This document shows positions 43,161 through 53,068 of a stretch of 64,000 nucleotides of DNA, piece by piece; position 1 is the stretch's first letter; each line of letters starts with the position of its first letter. The position numbers were made by a program, and so were the translations under genes. The DNA comes from Acidimicrobiia bacterium (GTDB lineage: Bacteria; Actinomycetota; Acidimicrobiia; IMCC26256; PALSA-610), in the NCBI GenBank assembly GCA_038209365.1, contig JBBQXS010000017.1, positions 7,111-71,110 on the forward strand, written 5' to 3'. Under the pieces are notes generated by a model. The model made no database searches, was not told the origin of the DNA, and worked only from the letters and a program-made list of their open reading frames with translations.

Positions 43161-44744
43161 TCAGGTTCCTTCGGATCGGAGCTGCTCGCGAAGCTGGTGC
43201 TTGTAGAGCTTGCCGTTGTCGTGCCGTGGGAGCTCCCCCAGGAACACCACACGCCGGGGACACTTGTAGTGCGCGATGCGGTCCCGGCACCACTCGATGA
43301 GCTCGGCCGCGAGGTCGGGCGTCGGTTCGACGCCCGGTTGCGGCTCGATCGCGGCAACCACGATCTCACCCCAAGCGTCGTCGGGCTGACCCACGACGCC
43401 GACGTCGCCGACCGCCGGATGGCCGAGCAGCGCGGCCTCCACCTCCGCCGGATAGACGTTCACGCCGCCCGTGATGATGAGGTGCGCGCTCCGGTCCGTG
43501 AGGAAGAGGTAGCCGTCGCCGTCGACGTAGCCGACGTCGCCCAACGTGAAATGCGTGCCTCGGTACGCGCCGGCCGTCTTCTCGGGCGCTTTGAAGTACT
43601 CGAACGGGTCGTCGGGAGCTTTCAGGTACACGGTGCCCACCGTGGAGGCGGGTACGTCGTGGCCACCGTCGTCGAGGATCCGCACATGGTCGGCGGGATT
43701 CACTTTGCCGACAGTGCCAGGGCGAGCGAGCCACTCCTCCGAACCGACCAGCGTGCCGGAGCCCTCGGTGGCGGCGTAGTACTCCCACACGATCGGCCCG
43801 AGCCATTCGATCAGGCGTCGCTTCACGTCGACCGGGCATGGTGCCGCGCCGTGGAGCACGAACGCCAGCGTCGAGATGTCGTAGCGCGCTCTCACGTCAT
43901 CGGGCAGCGAGAGCAGGCGGTGGAACATCGTGGGGACCATGTGCGTGTGCGTCACACCGTGCTGTTCGATCAGCGCGAGCGTCTGCTCGGCCGACCAGCC
44001 GTCCATGAGCACGATCGGCACGCCCATCGCGGCCGGCGCGGCGAGTGAGAACGCGAGCGGCGCCGCGTGATACAGCGGGCCGGTACACAGATGCAGGTGC
44101 CGGTGCGAGCGGTACTCGGTGAGCCGCGCGACGCCGAGCGAGCCGCGCGGGTCCGGAGGACGGCGCACGCCCTTCGGACGACCGGTGGTACCGGACGTAT
44201 AGAGCATCGTGCCGCCGGGCATCGGGTCTTCGATATCGGTGCCGTCCTCGGACGCGAGCACCTTCTCCCACGCGTCGAAGCCGTCGATCTCACCACCGAC
44301 CGCGATGCACGTTCGCAAACGGGGGGCGAGCTCGGCCGCGCGCCGGGCAACGTTCGCGAAGCGCTCGTGCGCGACGAAGGCGGTCGCCTCGCAGTCATCG
44401 ACGATGTAGCCCGCCTCGTCGCCGGTGAGATGCCAGTTGACCGTCGTCAGCCGCAGCCCCGAACGCTGGGCCGCCGCGACGGTCTCGGCGAACTCGGGCC
44501 GGTTCGCACACATGAGCGCCACACCGTCCCCGGCGCGGACTCCTCGTGCCCACAGGGCGCGCACCAGACGGTTCGCGTTGGCGTTCACCTCACCGAACGT
44601 ACGGTTCCCGGCCTCGGAGATCAGCGCGAGCGCGTCGCCCCGCCGGCTCGCCCAGTAGCTCGGGAGCATCCCCCGATCGGCCGCCGCGTTGATCGCGTCG
44701 AGATCCGGAGCCGGCACGTCTAACTCGCTCCCTCGCTGCGCCAT
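43161..44744 (-). CDS. acyl-CoA synthetase / AMP-dependent ligase
   Basis: MLYTSGTTGRPKGV AMP-binding motif, GDVGYVDGDGY, and C-terminal GKLYK. Confidence 0.9.
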   Translation of the reverse strand: MAQRGSELDVPAPDLDAINAAADRGMLPSYWASRRGDALALISEAGNRTFGEVNANANRLVRALWARGVRAGDGVALMCANRPEFAETVAAAQRSGLRLTTVNWHLTGDEAGYIVDDCEATAFVAHERFANVARRAAELAPRLRTCIAVGGEIDGFDAWEKVLASEDGTDIEDPMPGGTMLYTSGTTGRPKGVRRPPDPRGSLGVARLTEYRSHRHLHLCTGPLYHAAPLAFSLAAPAAMGVPIVLMDGWSAEQTLALIEQHGVTHTHMVPTMFHRLLSLPDDVRARYDISTLAFVLHGAAPCPVDVKRRLIEWLGPIVWEYYAATEGSGTLVGSEEWLARPGTVGKVNPADHVRILDDGGHDVPASTVGTVYLKAPDDPFEYFKAPEKTAGAYRGTHFTLGDVGYVDGDGYLFLTDRSAHLIITGGVNVYPAEVEAALLGHPAVGDVGVVGQPDDAWGEIVVAAIEPQPGVEPTPDLAAELIEWCRDRIAHYKCPRRVVFLGELPRHDNGKLYKHQLREQLRSEGT

Positions 44745-44876
44745 CCTTGGCTTCGCTGCGTCCGCACGGTCACATGGCTCCCTCGCTGCGCCATCCTTGG
44801 CTTCGCTGCGTCCGCACGGTCACATGGCTCCCTCGCTGCGCCATCCTTGGCTTCGCTGCATCCGCACGGTCACGCA
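44727..44876. repeat. 50-bp tandem repeat x3 spanning the translation start of the acyl-CoA synthetase
   Basis: gctccctcgctgcgccatccttggcttcgctgcgtccgcacggtcacatg is repeated head to tail. The third copy has a few substitutions. Confidence 0.9.
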
Positions 44877-45925
44877 GTTTGGCGATCCTTTGCGACCTCG
44901 TCCAGATTGGCGTACTCCTCGCCGGTGTCGGCCCAGTCCTCGAACTGGATCACCCCGATCTCGGTGAAGCGCTCGCGGAGCCAGCCGCCGGCGGTGTCGA
45001 GCAAGCCGAGCTTCTTGCAGTTCGGCACGATCTTGCTGAACAGCAGCTGCTGGAACATCTGTTGCCCGGGCGGATTCACTCGGTCCATCGTGCGATACAG
45101 GGCCTCGGAGTCGACGCCCATCCGCTCCCACATCTCGGCGTGCGCGAAACGCCGCTTGAGCCGGCACGCCACGTCGAAGGTGAACTCCTGACGCTCGCGC
45201 ATCTCCGCGTCGCTCAGCTCCTTGTAGTACTCCTGCAACGACAACACGCCGAACGCGACGTGACGCGCTTCATCGCTCATCACGTATCTCAGCAGCTTCT
45301 TGAGCAACGGTTCGGTGGTGATTCCGTGCATCATGCCGAAGGCGGCGAGCGCGAGCCCCTCGACCATGATCTGCATCCCGAGGTACGCGATGTCCCAGCG
45401 CGGGTCGGCGAGGATGTCGTCCAGGATGCTCTTGAGGTTCTGGTTGATGCCGTACTGGTTGCCGAGCTTCTCGTCCAGGTAGCGCGCGAACACCTCGACG
45501 TGACGCGCTTCGTCGACGACCTGCGTTGACGCGTAGTACTTCGCGTCGATCCAGGGCACGGTCTCGACGATGCGCGCCGTGCAGAGCAGCGCACCCTGCT
45601 CCCCGTGCATGAACTGCGAGAGCAGTGAATTCTGGAGCTCGATACCGACCTGGCGCCACTCCTTTTCGCCGAAGTTCTTGACGGGCGAATCCTCGATCTC
45701 GGCGAGCGCCTGGAAGCGCATCGGACCGCCCGCGCCGAGCTCTTGACTCACCCTCTCCGGATCGACGTCGACGGACCAGTCGAGGTCCGTCGACGCGTTC
45801 CACTGCGAGGTCTTGGCTTTCTCGTACAGCTTCACGAGCGCGGGGCGGCTCCGGGCGTAGTCCCACGTGAAGATGGCATCGAATTTCGATTCCACCGCGT
45901 GAATCGTTTCGAGCTTGTCGTTCAT
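44870..45925 (-). CDS. ferritin-like diiron oxygenase (AurF-like architecture)
   Basis: Two DEARH(V) E-x-x-H motifs plus upstream carboxylates (HGEQGA, EGLA). GGGAGGAG SD. Confidence 0.75.
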   Translation of the reverse strand: MNDKLETIHAVESKFDAIFTWDYARSRPALVKLYEKAKTSQWNASTDLDWSVDVDPERVSQELGAGGPMRFQALAEIEDSPVKNFGEKEWRQVGIELQNSLLSQFMHGEQGALLCTARIVETVPWIDAKYYASTQVVDEARHVEVFARYLDEKLGNQYGINQNLKSILDDILADPRWDIAYLGMQIMVEGLALAAFGMMHGITTEPLLKKLLRYVMSDEARHVAFGVLSLQEYYKELSDAEMRERQEFTFDVACRLKRRFAHAEMWERMGVDSEALYRTMDRVNPPGQQMFQQLLFSKIVPNCKKLGLLDTAGGWLRERFTEIGVIQFEDWADTGEEYANLDEVAKDRQTA

Positions 45926-46506
45926 TGCTCCTCCCGGGAGACGGCGTCGAGGAGACGCGAGATCAATTGGTGCCATGCATCGCCGTCCGGCGGCGGCGCT
46001 TGCAGGGTGCGCATCACGAGCGCGCCCATTGCGAGGGTGAGGGAGAACCGGGCGAACGCTGGGGTGTCGAGCGTGGGGTCGATCGAACCATCAGCTTTCG
46101 CGCGCTCGACCAACTCCACGATCACGCGCTCGCGCGCGTCGAGCCGGTCGCGCAGCGCCCCCGCCAGCTCGTCGTCGCGACGGGCGGCTGCGACCGCGTC
46201 GATGAGCAGCGGGACGCCCTCTCGTGGACGCACGAGCCGGTCGCCGAGCAGCTCCAGCAGCTCACGCACGTCACGGCGACGGGCCTCGCTGAGCATCTGG
46301 TCCATCTCGGCGTCGGCGCGTACGCCGATCGCCTCGAAGAGCAACTCGGACTTCCCGCGGAAGTTCGCATAGATGGCGCCGGTGGTGAGGCCGGCCGCGC
46401 GGGCGATGTCCTGCACGCGGGCACCCTCATAGCCCTGCTCGACGAAGACCTCGACGGCGGCGGCGAGCAAGCGGTCACGGGACGACACGGTGGGGACGGC
46501 AGCCAC
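45922..46506 (-). CDS. TetR-family transcriptional regulator
   Basis: RLLAAAVEVFVEQGYEGARVQDIARAAGLTTGAIYANF HTH. ATGA overlap with the diiron gene. Confidence 0.85.
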   Translation of the reverse strand: MAAVPTVSSRDRLLAAAVEVFVEQGYEGARVQDIARAAGLTTGAIYANFRGKSELLFEAIGVRADAEMDQMLSEARRRDVRELLELLGDRLVRPREGVPLLIDAVAAARRDDELAGALRDRLDARERVIVELVERAKADGSIDPTLDTPAFARFSLTLAMGALVMRTLQAPPPDGDAWHQLISRLLDAVSREEQ

Positions 46507-46557
46507 GCGGCCATGATAACGATCATTATCCGCCACTGGAACCCTCCGGCGGCGAAG

Positions 46558-47775
46558 ATGTCGGCGATGGCGCTGCCGGTCACCCTCGCCGACATCCGCG
46601 CCGCCGCCGCGGCCATTGGGGATGCGGTTGCGCAGACGCCGATGTCCCCGGCCCGGACCCTCTCGGGGATCTCCGGCGCGGACCTCTTCTTGAAGTTCGA
46701 GAACCTGCAGTTCACCGGCTCGTTCAAGGAGCGCGGCGCCCGGAACTTCCTCGTGCACCTCTCCCCCGGTGCGCGGGCGCTCGGGGTGGTGGCGGCGTCG
46801 GCCGGCAACCACGCGCAGGGGGTTGCGTACCATGCGCACCTCCTCGACATCCCGACGACGATCGTGATGCCGGCGAATGCGCCGTTCACGAAGGTCGCGA
46901 ACACCGCACACCACGGCGCGCATGTCGTGCTGCACGGCGAGGGCTACGCCGCGGCGCTCGCCGAGGCGGAGAGAATCGCGCGAGAGAGCGGCGCAACGCT
47001 CGTCCCCGCGTTCGACGACCCGCTGATCGTCGCGGGCCAGGGCACCGTCGGCCTCGAGGTCGTCGCGCAGGTCGGTGATCTCGACGCGATCGTCGTGCCG
47101 GTGGGCGGGGGTGGACTCATCGCGGGTATCGCGGTTGCCGTGAAGGCCGCGCGCCCCGACATGCGTGTGATCGGCGCCCAGGTGGAGAGCTATCCCGGGA
47201 TGCTCCATGCGCTCGGGCGCGCGCCGGCGCCGACCGGCGGGGTCACGATCGCAGAAGGCATCGCGGTCACGGAGCCAGGCGTGTTGACACGCGACATCGT
47301 GCGCGAGCTCGTGGATGACCTGCTCGTCGTCTCCGAGCAGCGCATCGAGGAGACGATCGCGCTCGCGCTGGAAATCGAGAAGACCGTGCTCGAGGGCGCG
47401 GGTGCGGCCGGCCTCGCGGCTGTGCTGGAGCATCCGGAGCTCTTCCGCGGCGAGCGCGTCGGCGTCGTGCTGAGCGGCGGCAATATCGACGCGCGCATGC
47501 TGACATCGGTCTTGCTGCGAGCGCTTGCCCGGTCGGGACGAGTCGTGCGTTTGCGCATCGAGGTACCCGACCGTCCGGGAGTGTTGGCGACGGTTGCGCA
47601 GCTCATCGCGTCCGGCCGCGGCAACATCGTCGACGTCGAGCATCGTCGCGACCAACCGGGCGTCGCGGTGAAACGCGCGCTTTTGGAGGTCTCGATCGAG
47701 ACGCGCGATCGCGCGCACGCCGACGAGATCGTGAAGCGGCTCGAAGCCGAGGGGTTTCGAGTAAAGGTCCAGTGA
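46558..47775 (+). CDS. ilvA: threonine ammonia-lyase (threonine dehydratase) with a single ACT-like domain
   Basis: PLP-Lys motif TGSFKERGA, GGGGLIAG, and C-terminal ACT-like regulatory domain. Confidence 0.9.
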   Translation: MSAMALPVTLADIRAAAAAIGDAVAQTPMSPARTLSGISGADLFLKFENLQFTGSFKERGARNFLVHLSPGARALGVVAASAGNHAQGVAYHAHLLDIPTTIVMPANAPFTKVANTAHHGAHVVLHGEGYAAALAEAERIARESGATLVPAFDDPLIVAGQGTVGLEVVAQVGDLDAIVVPVGGGGLIAGIAVAVKAARPDMRVIGAQVESYPGMLHALGRAPAPTGGVTIAEGIAVTEPGVLTRDIVRELVDDLLVVSEQRIEETIALALEIEKTVLEGAGAAGLAAVLEHPELFRGERVGVVLSGGNIDARMLTSVLLRALARSGRVVRLRIEVPDRPGVLATVAQLIASGRGNIVDVEHRRDQPGVAVKRALLEVSIETRDRAHADEIVKRLEAEGFRVKVQ

Positions 47776-47799
47776 CCGTCGCCGACATCGACGGCCGGG

Positions 47800-50586
47800 T
47801 CAGCTTCTCGTCGTGAAGTGCCAGGTCTGCGGATTCAACAGCGCGTGGCCAGTCGCATCCTTCGCGGCGGCGGTCTCGATGGCTGTGTACTGCGTGTTGG
47901 CGGAGAGCGAGCTCGACGGCTTGAAGATCATTGTGTTGCCGTTCCATGAGAAGGTGCCGTTCACGACCGCGGTGGGATTCGTACGCTTGAGCGTGAACGC
48001 TGTTTGCGCCGACGACTTGTTCATCGCTTTGCTGAAGGCGACGACCACCGAAGTGAGACGCGACACACCCGTGGCCGCGTTCGCCGGGGAGACCGAGTCG
48101 ATGATCGGCTGAATCGTCGTCGTGAAGCGCCACGTCTTTGCTCCGGGAAGCGCGTGACCGGCACTGTCCTTCGCGGCACTCGATTCAGTGGCGGTGTACG
48201 CAATGCCGGACCCGAGGTCGACATTCGGCTTGAAGACCATCGCCGCGCCGTACCAGCTGAAGGTGCCATTCACCGCCGCGCCGTTACTCGTACGCCGCAG
48301 CGAGAACGCGCTCTGCGCCGACACCTTGTCCATCGTCGTGTCGAACGCGGTCAGCACGACGGTATTCGGAGGCACGCCGGTCGCGCCGTTTGCGGGTGAC
48401 ACCGAGGTGATCACGGGTTGGGTCGCGGTGGTGAAACGCGAGACCTTCGCACCGGGGATGGGATTCCCGGCGTTGTCCACCGCGGCGGTCGACACCGTGA
48501 CGGTGTAGTTCGTGCCGTTTGCGAGCGCGGCGTTCGGTACGAACACCAGGGCGTTGCCGAACCAGCTGAACGCGCCGGCGACCGGGCTCGCGTCGCTGGT
48601 ACGTCTCAGCGTGAATGCACCTTCCGTCGCCGGTTTGTTCATGGGTTTGTTGAAGGCAGCGAGCACGGCGGTCGTCCGCGCGACGCCGGTCGCGCCGTCG
48701 GCAGGTGAGACCGACGTGACGTCCGGAGGCAGGTTGACGAAGGCATTGTTGCCAGAACTGGCACTGTCGCTCGGCGCGTGCGCGTTCGAGCCTTGGTAGG
48801 AGGCGACGATCGTATGTGTGCCCGACCCGAAGGCGGTAGGTGTGTAGGCCACCTCGCAGCCTGTCGTCGGACGTGTCCCGGTGGTCGCGCCGTTGTCCAC
48901 CAGCGCGCATGCGCCCCCATTGCCGAACGTGCCCGCGGTGTCGCTGGTGAAGGTGACGGTGCCCACCGGCGGCACATTCGTGTCCGAGATGTCGGTGACG
49001 CCGACGGTGCATGTTGTCGTCTCGCCGACACGGACGTTGCTCGGACTGCAGTCCACCGCGGTCGAGGTGAGGCGCGTCGCGAAGAACTGTGTGCTGCCTC
49101 GGCCGGCAACGTGCGTGCCATCGCCGCCGTAACGACCGACGACCGGACGCTCGTCGTAGGTGTTCGGGCCATACATGACGCTGCAACTCGCCGTCGCGCC
49201 AGTGCCTGACAGCGTGCAGGTGCTCCGATTGTTCTGGAATGTTCCGCCCACGCCGATGACGAACTGGACGGTGCCCGATGGAGTCGTGGGGTTCGTCAGT
49301 GTCGTATCGGTGACCGTCGTGGTGCACTCGATCCACGCGCCCGCAGCTCCCGGGTTCGGAGCGCAGCTCACGTCGACGTTCGTCGGGACTTTGTGCGTGG
49401 GTCGAGTGGCGATGCTTACGGGACGCACGCCGGTGGCGATGGTCGGTGTCGACTTCGGCGAGAGCGTGCCATCCGTCGCGTCGATGTCGTACTGCGAGAC
49501 GAAGTTGTCGTAGAAATGGGTCGCGTACAGACTGCGGCTGTCGGCGCTCACTGTGAAGTAGTACGGATAATGAGGCGCGGAAATGGTCGGCGGGGTCTTC
49601 GGTGAGAGCACGCCACTGGCCGGATCGATGTCGTACTGCGAGAACGTGTCGTCCTCGCGGTTGTCGACGTACGCGCTCCTCCCGTCGGGCGAGACGACGA
49701 TCGAGAGCGGGACGATCCCGGTGTCGACATATTCCGGCGGATCTCCCGTCTCGACCGGTGGCGGGAATTTCGGCGAGAGCTTGCCGGTCAACGCGTCGAT
49801 GTTGAACTGAGCGATGCCCAGGTTTCCGCCGTCGAGCACGTACGCGCTCAGACCATCGGCCGATACCGCGACCGACACCGGGGTGAAGCTGCGGCAGACA
49901 CGCTGACAGAAGTTCGCCGAGACGCTCGGCGGGTCCTTCGGTGACAGCCCGCCGGTCTGCGGGTCGACGTCGTACTGCGAGACGCCGCCGCCGAACGCCG
50001 TGATCGACGTGACGTACACGCTGCTGCTGTCGGGCGTCACCGCGATGATGCCGGGGTACGCGCCGGCGCCGACTGTCGCCGGCGTCTTGGGCGAAAGCGT
50101 GCCGTTCACGGGACTGATGTCGAACTGCGCGAGAGCGCCGTCGGAGGAGGTCAACCCGACATATGCGCTCTTGCCGTCGGGCGCGATCGTGATCGCACCC
50201 GGGTTCACGCCCACCGGAACAAGTAGCGGAGTCTTCGGCGACAGGCCGCCGGTCGTCGAATCGATGTCGTATTGCCGTATTGCAGCCGCTTCTCGATCGG
50301 CCACATACGCGCTGCGGCCGTCGGGCGACACCGCCATCAAACTCGGGTCCGCGCCCGCATCGACTGTTGGTGGAACGAGCGGTGAAAGCTCGCCACCCGC
50401 GCCCGTCCCGTACTGCGACACGTTGCCATCCGCATTGTTCACGACGTACACGGCGTCGCTCGTATCGGCGGCGGCCGCGGGCGCTGCCGACGGCCCTGGC
50501 GAAATCGCGGCAAACGCCAGCAACACCACCAAGGACAGACGGGGTAAGCGCGCCGGCACTCCCCACAAACTCGTGTGCGCCGTCAT
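47800..50586 (-). CDS. large secreted protein: lactonase-type beta-propeller repeats plus Ig-like (SbsA_Ig-type) domains
   Basis: Signal peptide. About 8 repeats of SPDGxSxYV...VSQYDIDxxxGxLSPK. The C-terminus has 4 repeats of VTSVSPAxGATGV...FTLRRTS...NGTxYTVTV. Confidence 0.8.
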   Translation of the reverse strand: MTAHTSLWGVPARLPRLSLVVLLAFAAISPGPSAAPAAAADTSDAVYVVNNADGNVSQYGTGAGGELSPLVPPTVDAGADPSLMAVSPDGRSAYVADREAAAIRQYDIDSTTGGLSPKTPLLVPVGVNPGAITIAPDGKSAYVGLTSSDGALAQFDISPVNGTLSPKTPATVGAGAYPGIIAVTPDSSSVYVTSITAFGGGVSQYDVDPQTGGLSPKDPPSVSANFCQRVCRSFTPVSVAVSADGLSAYVLDGGNLGIAQFNIDALTGKLSPKFPPPVETGDPPEYVDTGIVPLSIVVSPDGRSAYVDNREDDTFSQYDIDPASGVLSPKTPPTISAPHYPYYFTVSADSRSLYATHFYDNFVSQYDIDATDGTLSPKSTPTIATGVRPVSIATRPTHKVPTNVDVSCAPNPGAAGAWIECTTTVTDTTLTNPTTPSGTVQFVIGVGGTFQNNRSTCTLSGTGATASCSVMYGPNTYDERPVVGRYGGDGTHVAGRGSTQFFATRLTSTAVDCSPSNVRVGETTTCTVGVTDISDTNVPPVGTVTFTSDTAGTFGNGGACALVDNGATTGTRPTTGCEVAYTPTAFGSGTHTIVASYQGSNAHAPSDSASSGNNAFVNLPPDVTSVSPADGATGVARTTAVLAAFNKPMNKPATEGAFTLRRTSDASPVAGAFSWFGNALVFVPNAALANGTNYTVTVSTAAVDNAGNPIPGAKVSRFTTATQPVITSVSPANGATGVPPNTVVLTAFDTTMDKVSAQSAFSLRRTSNGAAVNGTFSWYGAAMVFKPNVDLGSGIAYTATESSAAKDSAGHALPGAKTWRFTTTIQPIIDSVSPANAATGVSRLTSVVVAFSKAMNKSSAQTAFTLKRTNPTAVVNGTFSWNGNTMIFKPSSSLSANTQYTAIETAAAKDATGHALLNPQTWHFTTRS

Positions 50587-50596
50587 CAGGTCATTC

Positions 50597-50956
50597 CTAC
50601 CCGTCTGAATCGTCCTGATTCAGCTCGACGAAATTGCCGGACGGATCGTGGAGGAAGGCCTGGTGGCCGGCACCCTGCAGGTGCGGCACGGGGTGCACCT
50701 CGACGCCTCGCACGCGCAGATCGGCGACGGCCGCGTCGAGATCGTCCACGCGGATCGCGAAATGATGACTGCCGGTCGCGGGGTCGTCGGATTGCATCAG
50801 GTGCACCTGCTGACCTCCCGCGTCGAGCCAGTAGCCGCCGAAACCGAAGTCCGGTCGCGGCAACACCGAGCACCCGAGCGCATCGCGGTAGAACGCGAGC
50901 GCTTCGTCTTCGTCGCGTACGCAGATCGCCACGTGATGGATCCCGCTGGGCTTCAT
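50597..50956 (-). CDS. glyoxalase/VOC-family protein
   Basis: IHHVAICVRDEDEALAFY...HHFAIRVDD...HQAFLHDPSGNFVEL. Confidence 0.8.
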   Translation of the reverse strand: MKPSGIHHVAICVRDEDEALAFYRDALGCSVLPRPDFGFGGYWLDAGGQQVHLMQSDDPATGSHHFAIRVDDLDAAVADLRVRGVEVHPVPHLQGAGHQAFLHDPSGNFVELNQDDSDG

Positions 50957-50982
50957 TGCACCGCAGAGTAGGTTCACCGCCT

Positions 50983-52152
50983 GTGCTGTGGCCAGACCCG
51001 TCGCGCATCGACCTGTTGCTGGACAGCAGGGCCGTCAGCTTCGAGAACCCGACCGGAGGGCGCGGCGCGGGAGGTGCGTCGTATCACGGTCGCAAAGGCG
51101 CGCCGTCACGAGGGATTCGTGCGGGCGAGCGGGTCACGCTCGCCGACATCGAGGGACCGGGAACAATCCGGCACTTCTGGTGCACCGTCCCGCCGGCACC
51201 GCCCGAGTCCTTGCGGGCGCTCGTGCTCGAGGTGTTCTACGACGACGCCGACGAGCCGAGCATCTCGGTACCGCTCCTCGACTTCTTCGGCGCACCGCTC
51301 GGACGTCCGGTGGCGTACTCGTCGGCGCTGACCGTCGTCGCCGAAGGACGCGGCTTCAACGCGTACTTCCCGATGCCGTTCCGGGCGCGCATCCGCGTGG
51401 AGCTCCACAATCATTCGGCCCGTCGTGTGGAGTGCTACTTCCAACTGGACTTCACCCGCGAGCCTGCGTTTCCGGACGACGCCGGGTTGTTGCACGCGAC
51501 GTTCCGCCGGGAGAACCCGACGACGATGCGACGCGATTTCGTCATCGCCGACGGGCTCGTCGGGCCGGGAAGATTTCTCGGCTGCGTGATCGGCATCAGG
51601 CCGATCGACGGAGGGGCGTGGTACGGCGAGGGCGAGGTGAAGATCTACCGCGACGGGGATCGGGACCTGCCGACGATCTGCGGGACCGGGCTCGAGGACT
51701 ATGTCGGGAGCGCGTGGGGCATGGGACCGCACGCCGGGCCTTATGCGGGCGCGCCGCTCGACGTGCGCGCGCCCGGCACCTCGCCGGCCGCGATCCCCGA
51801 TTTCGTCGCGTTCTACCGCTGGCACCTGCCCGATCCCGTCGTGTTCGCCGACGACATCCGGGTCACGATCCAACAGATTGGCGCCGCGAGCTTCCCGCCC
51901 GGCGCGGACACGAGCGCCGACGAATATTTCTCGACCAACCCGCCGGCCGGTCGCGGCGTGCTGCGCAACGCGTTGCCCGGCGTGGGCACGTTCGCCATCT
52001 GCGAGCGCGTCGACGATTACTGCGGCACTGCCTTCGCCTACGCCCGCGACCCGCAGCCGGTGCCGCGGGTCGACGTGGGCGCCGCGGTCACTGATTTGGA
52101 GCGCCGATCCTACGAAGGCGCTGACGCCATGGAATCCTTCTTCGGTTCCTGA
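50983..52152 (+). CDS. DUF2961-family protein (putative glycoside hydrolase-like)
   Basis: IEGPGTIRHFW, GFNAYFPMPF, GEGEVKIY.DGD, GTGLEDY blocks as remembered for DUF2961. GTG start. Confidence 0.75.
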   Translation: MLWPDPSRIDLLLDSRAVSFENPTGGRGAGGASYHGRKGAPSRGIRAGERVTLADIEGPGTIRHFWCTVPPAPPESLRALVLEVFYDDADEPSISVPLLDFFGAPLGRPVAYSSALTVVAEGRGFNAYFPMPFRARIRVELHNHSARRVECYFQLDFTREPAFPDDAGLLHATFRRENPTTMRRDFVIADGLVGPGRFLGCVIGIRPIDGGAWYGEGEVKIYRDGDRDLPTICGTGLEDYVGSAWGMGPHAGPYAGAPLDVRAPGTSPAAIPDFVAFYRWHLPDPVVFADDIRVTIQQIGAASFPPGADTSADEYFSTNPPAGRGVLRNALPGVGTFAICERVDDYCGTAFAYARDPQPVPRVDVGAAVTDLERRSYEGADAMESFFGS

Positions 52153-52171
52153 ACGACGCACGGAGGTACCG

Positions 52172-53068
52172 GTGGGTGCACTCGACGGCAAGGTGATCGC
52201 GGTGACCGGCGCGGGACGCGGTATCGGGCGGGCCGTCGCGCTCGCGTCGGCGGCCGAAGGCGCGGCGGTCGTCGTGAACGACTATGGCGTTTCGGTCGAC
52301 GGCGAGGAACCCGCGAGCGAGGTCGCGAACGGGGTCGTCGCCGAGATCAGCGACGCGGGAGGTCGCGCGGCCGCGAATGCGAACTCGGTCACGACGATGG
52401 ACGGCGGCGCGTCGATCGTGCAGCAGGCGATCGACACCTTCGGTCGCATCGACGGCGTCGTGTGTGTCGCCGGGATACTCCGCGAGCGCATGCTCTTCAA
52501 CATGTCCGAGGACGAGTGGGACCCGGTCATCGAGACCCATCTGAAGGGAACGTTCACGGTGTTCCGTGCCGCGGCGCCGGTGTTCCGTGGGCAACGCAGC
52601 GGCACGATGATCGGCTTCACGTCGGGGGCGTTTGCCGCGAGCGTCGCGCAGGCGAACTACTCGGCGGCGAAAGGCGGCATCGTGTCGCTCGTGCGCAGCG
52701 CGGCGGCCGGCATGAACAAATACGGCGTCACCGCCAACTGCATCGCACCGGTCGCGAAGTCACGCATGTCGGGACAGGTGCCGTTCGGGCTCGAGATGGG
52801 TGAGCCCGAGGACGTCGCCCCGATGGTGTGCTTCTTGCTCTCCGACCACGCCCGCGACGTCACCGGCCAGATCTACACCGCAAACGGTGGCCGCATCGCG
52901 GTATGGAACCAGCCCGTCGAAGTGCGCGAGGTCCGCAAGGACGGTCGCTGGACGGTCGATGAGATTGCGGCACGTTTCGGCGAGGTCGGCCAGGAACCGA
53001 TGCCGATCCTGGAGCGCCTGAAGGCAATGGAGAGTGCCGCGCAGAGCGGCGACACCCCCAACGCCTAA
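52172..53068 (+). CDS. short-chain dehydrogenase/reductase (paralog of 42251-43147)
   Basis: VTGAGRGIG, VAGILR, YSAAK. Confidence 0.88.
   Translation: MGALDGKVIAVTGAGRGIGRAVALASAAEGAAVVVNDYGVSVDGEEPASEVANGVVAEISDAGGRAAANANSVTTMDGGASIVQQAIDTFGRIDGVVCVAGILRERMLFNMSEDEWDPVIETHLKGTFTVFRAAAPVFRGQRSGTMIGFTSGAFAASVAQANYSAAKGGIVSLVRSAAAGMNKYGVTANCIAPVAKSRMSGQVPFGLEMGEPEDVAPMVCFLLSDHARDVTGQIYTANGGRIAVWNQPVEVREVRKDGRWTVDEIAARFGEVGQEPMPILERLKAMESAAQSGDTPNA

Noticed and set aside
47776-47794. Hairpin ccgtcg-N7-cgacgg between the convergent threonine dehydratase and secreted-protein genes, as a bidirectional terminator.
   Set aside because: It has only a 6-bp stem and no U-tract on either strand, which is too weak to call.
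52760-53064. Treating the 3' extension of the dehydrogenase ORF as genuine coding sequence.
   Set aside because: It lies fully antisense to a strong SDR gene and is low-complexity. It depends on the unit count of a heptamer repeat. It is kept only as the literal ORF end in the feature table and flagged as a finding.
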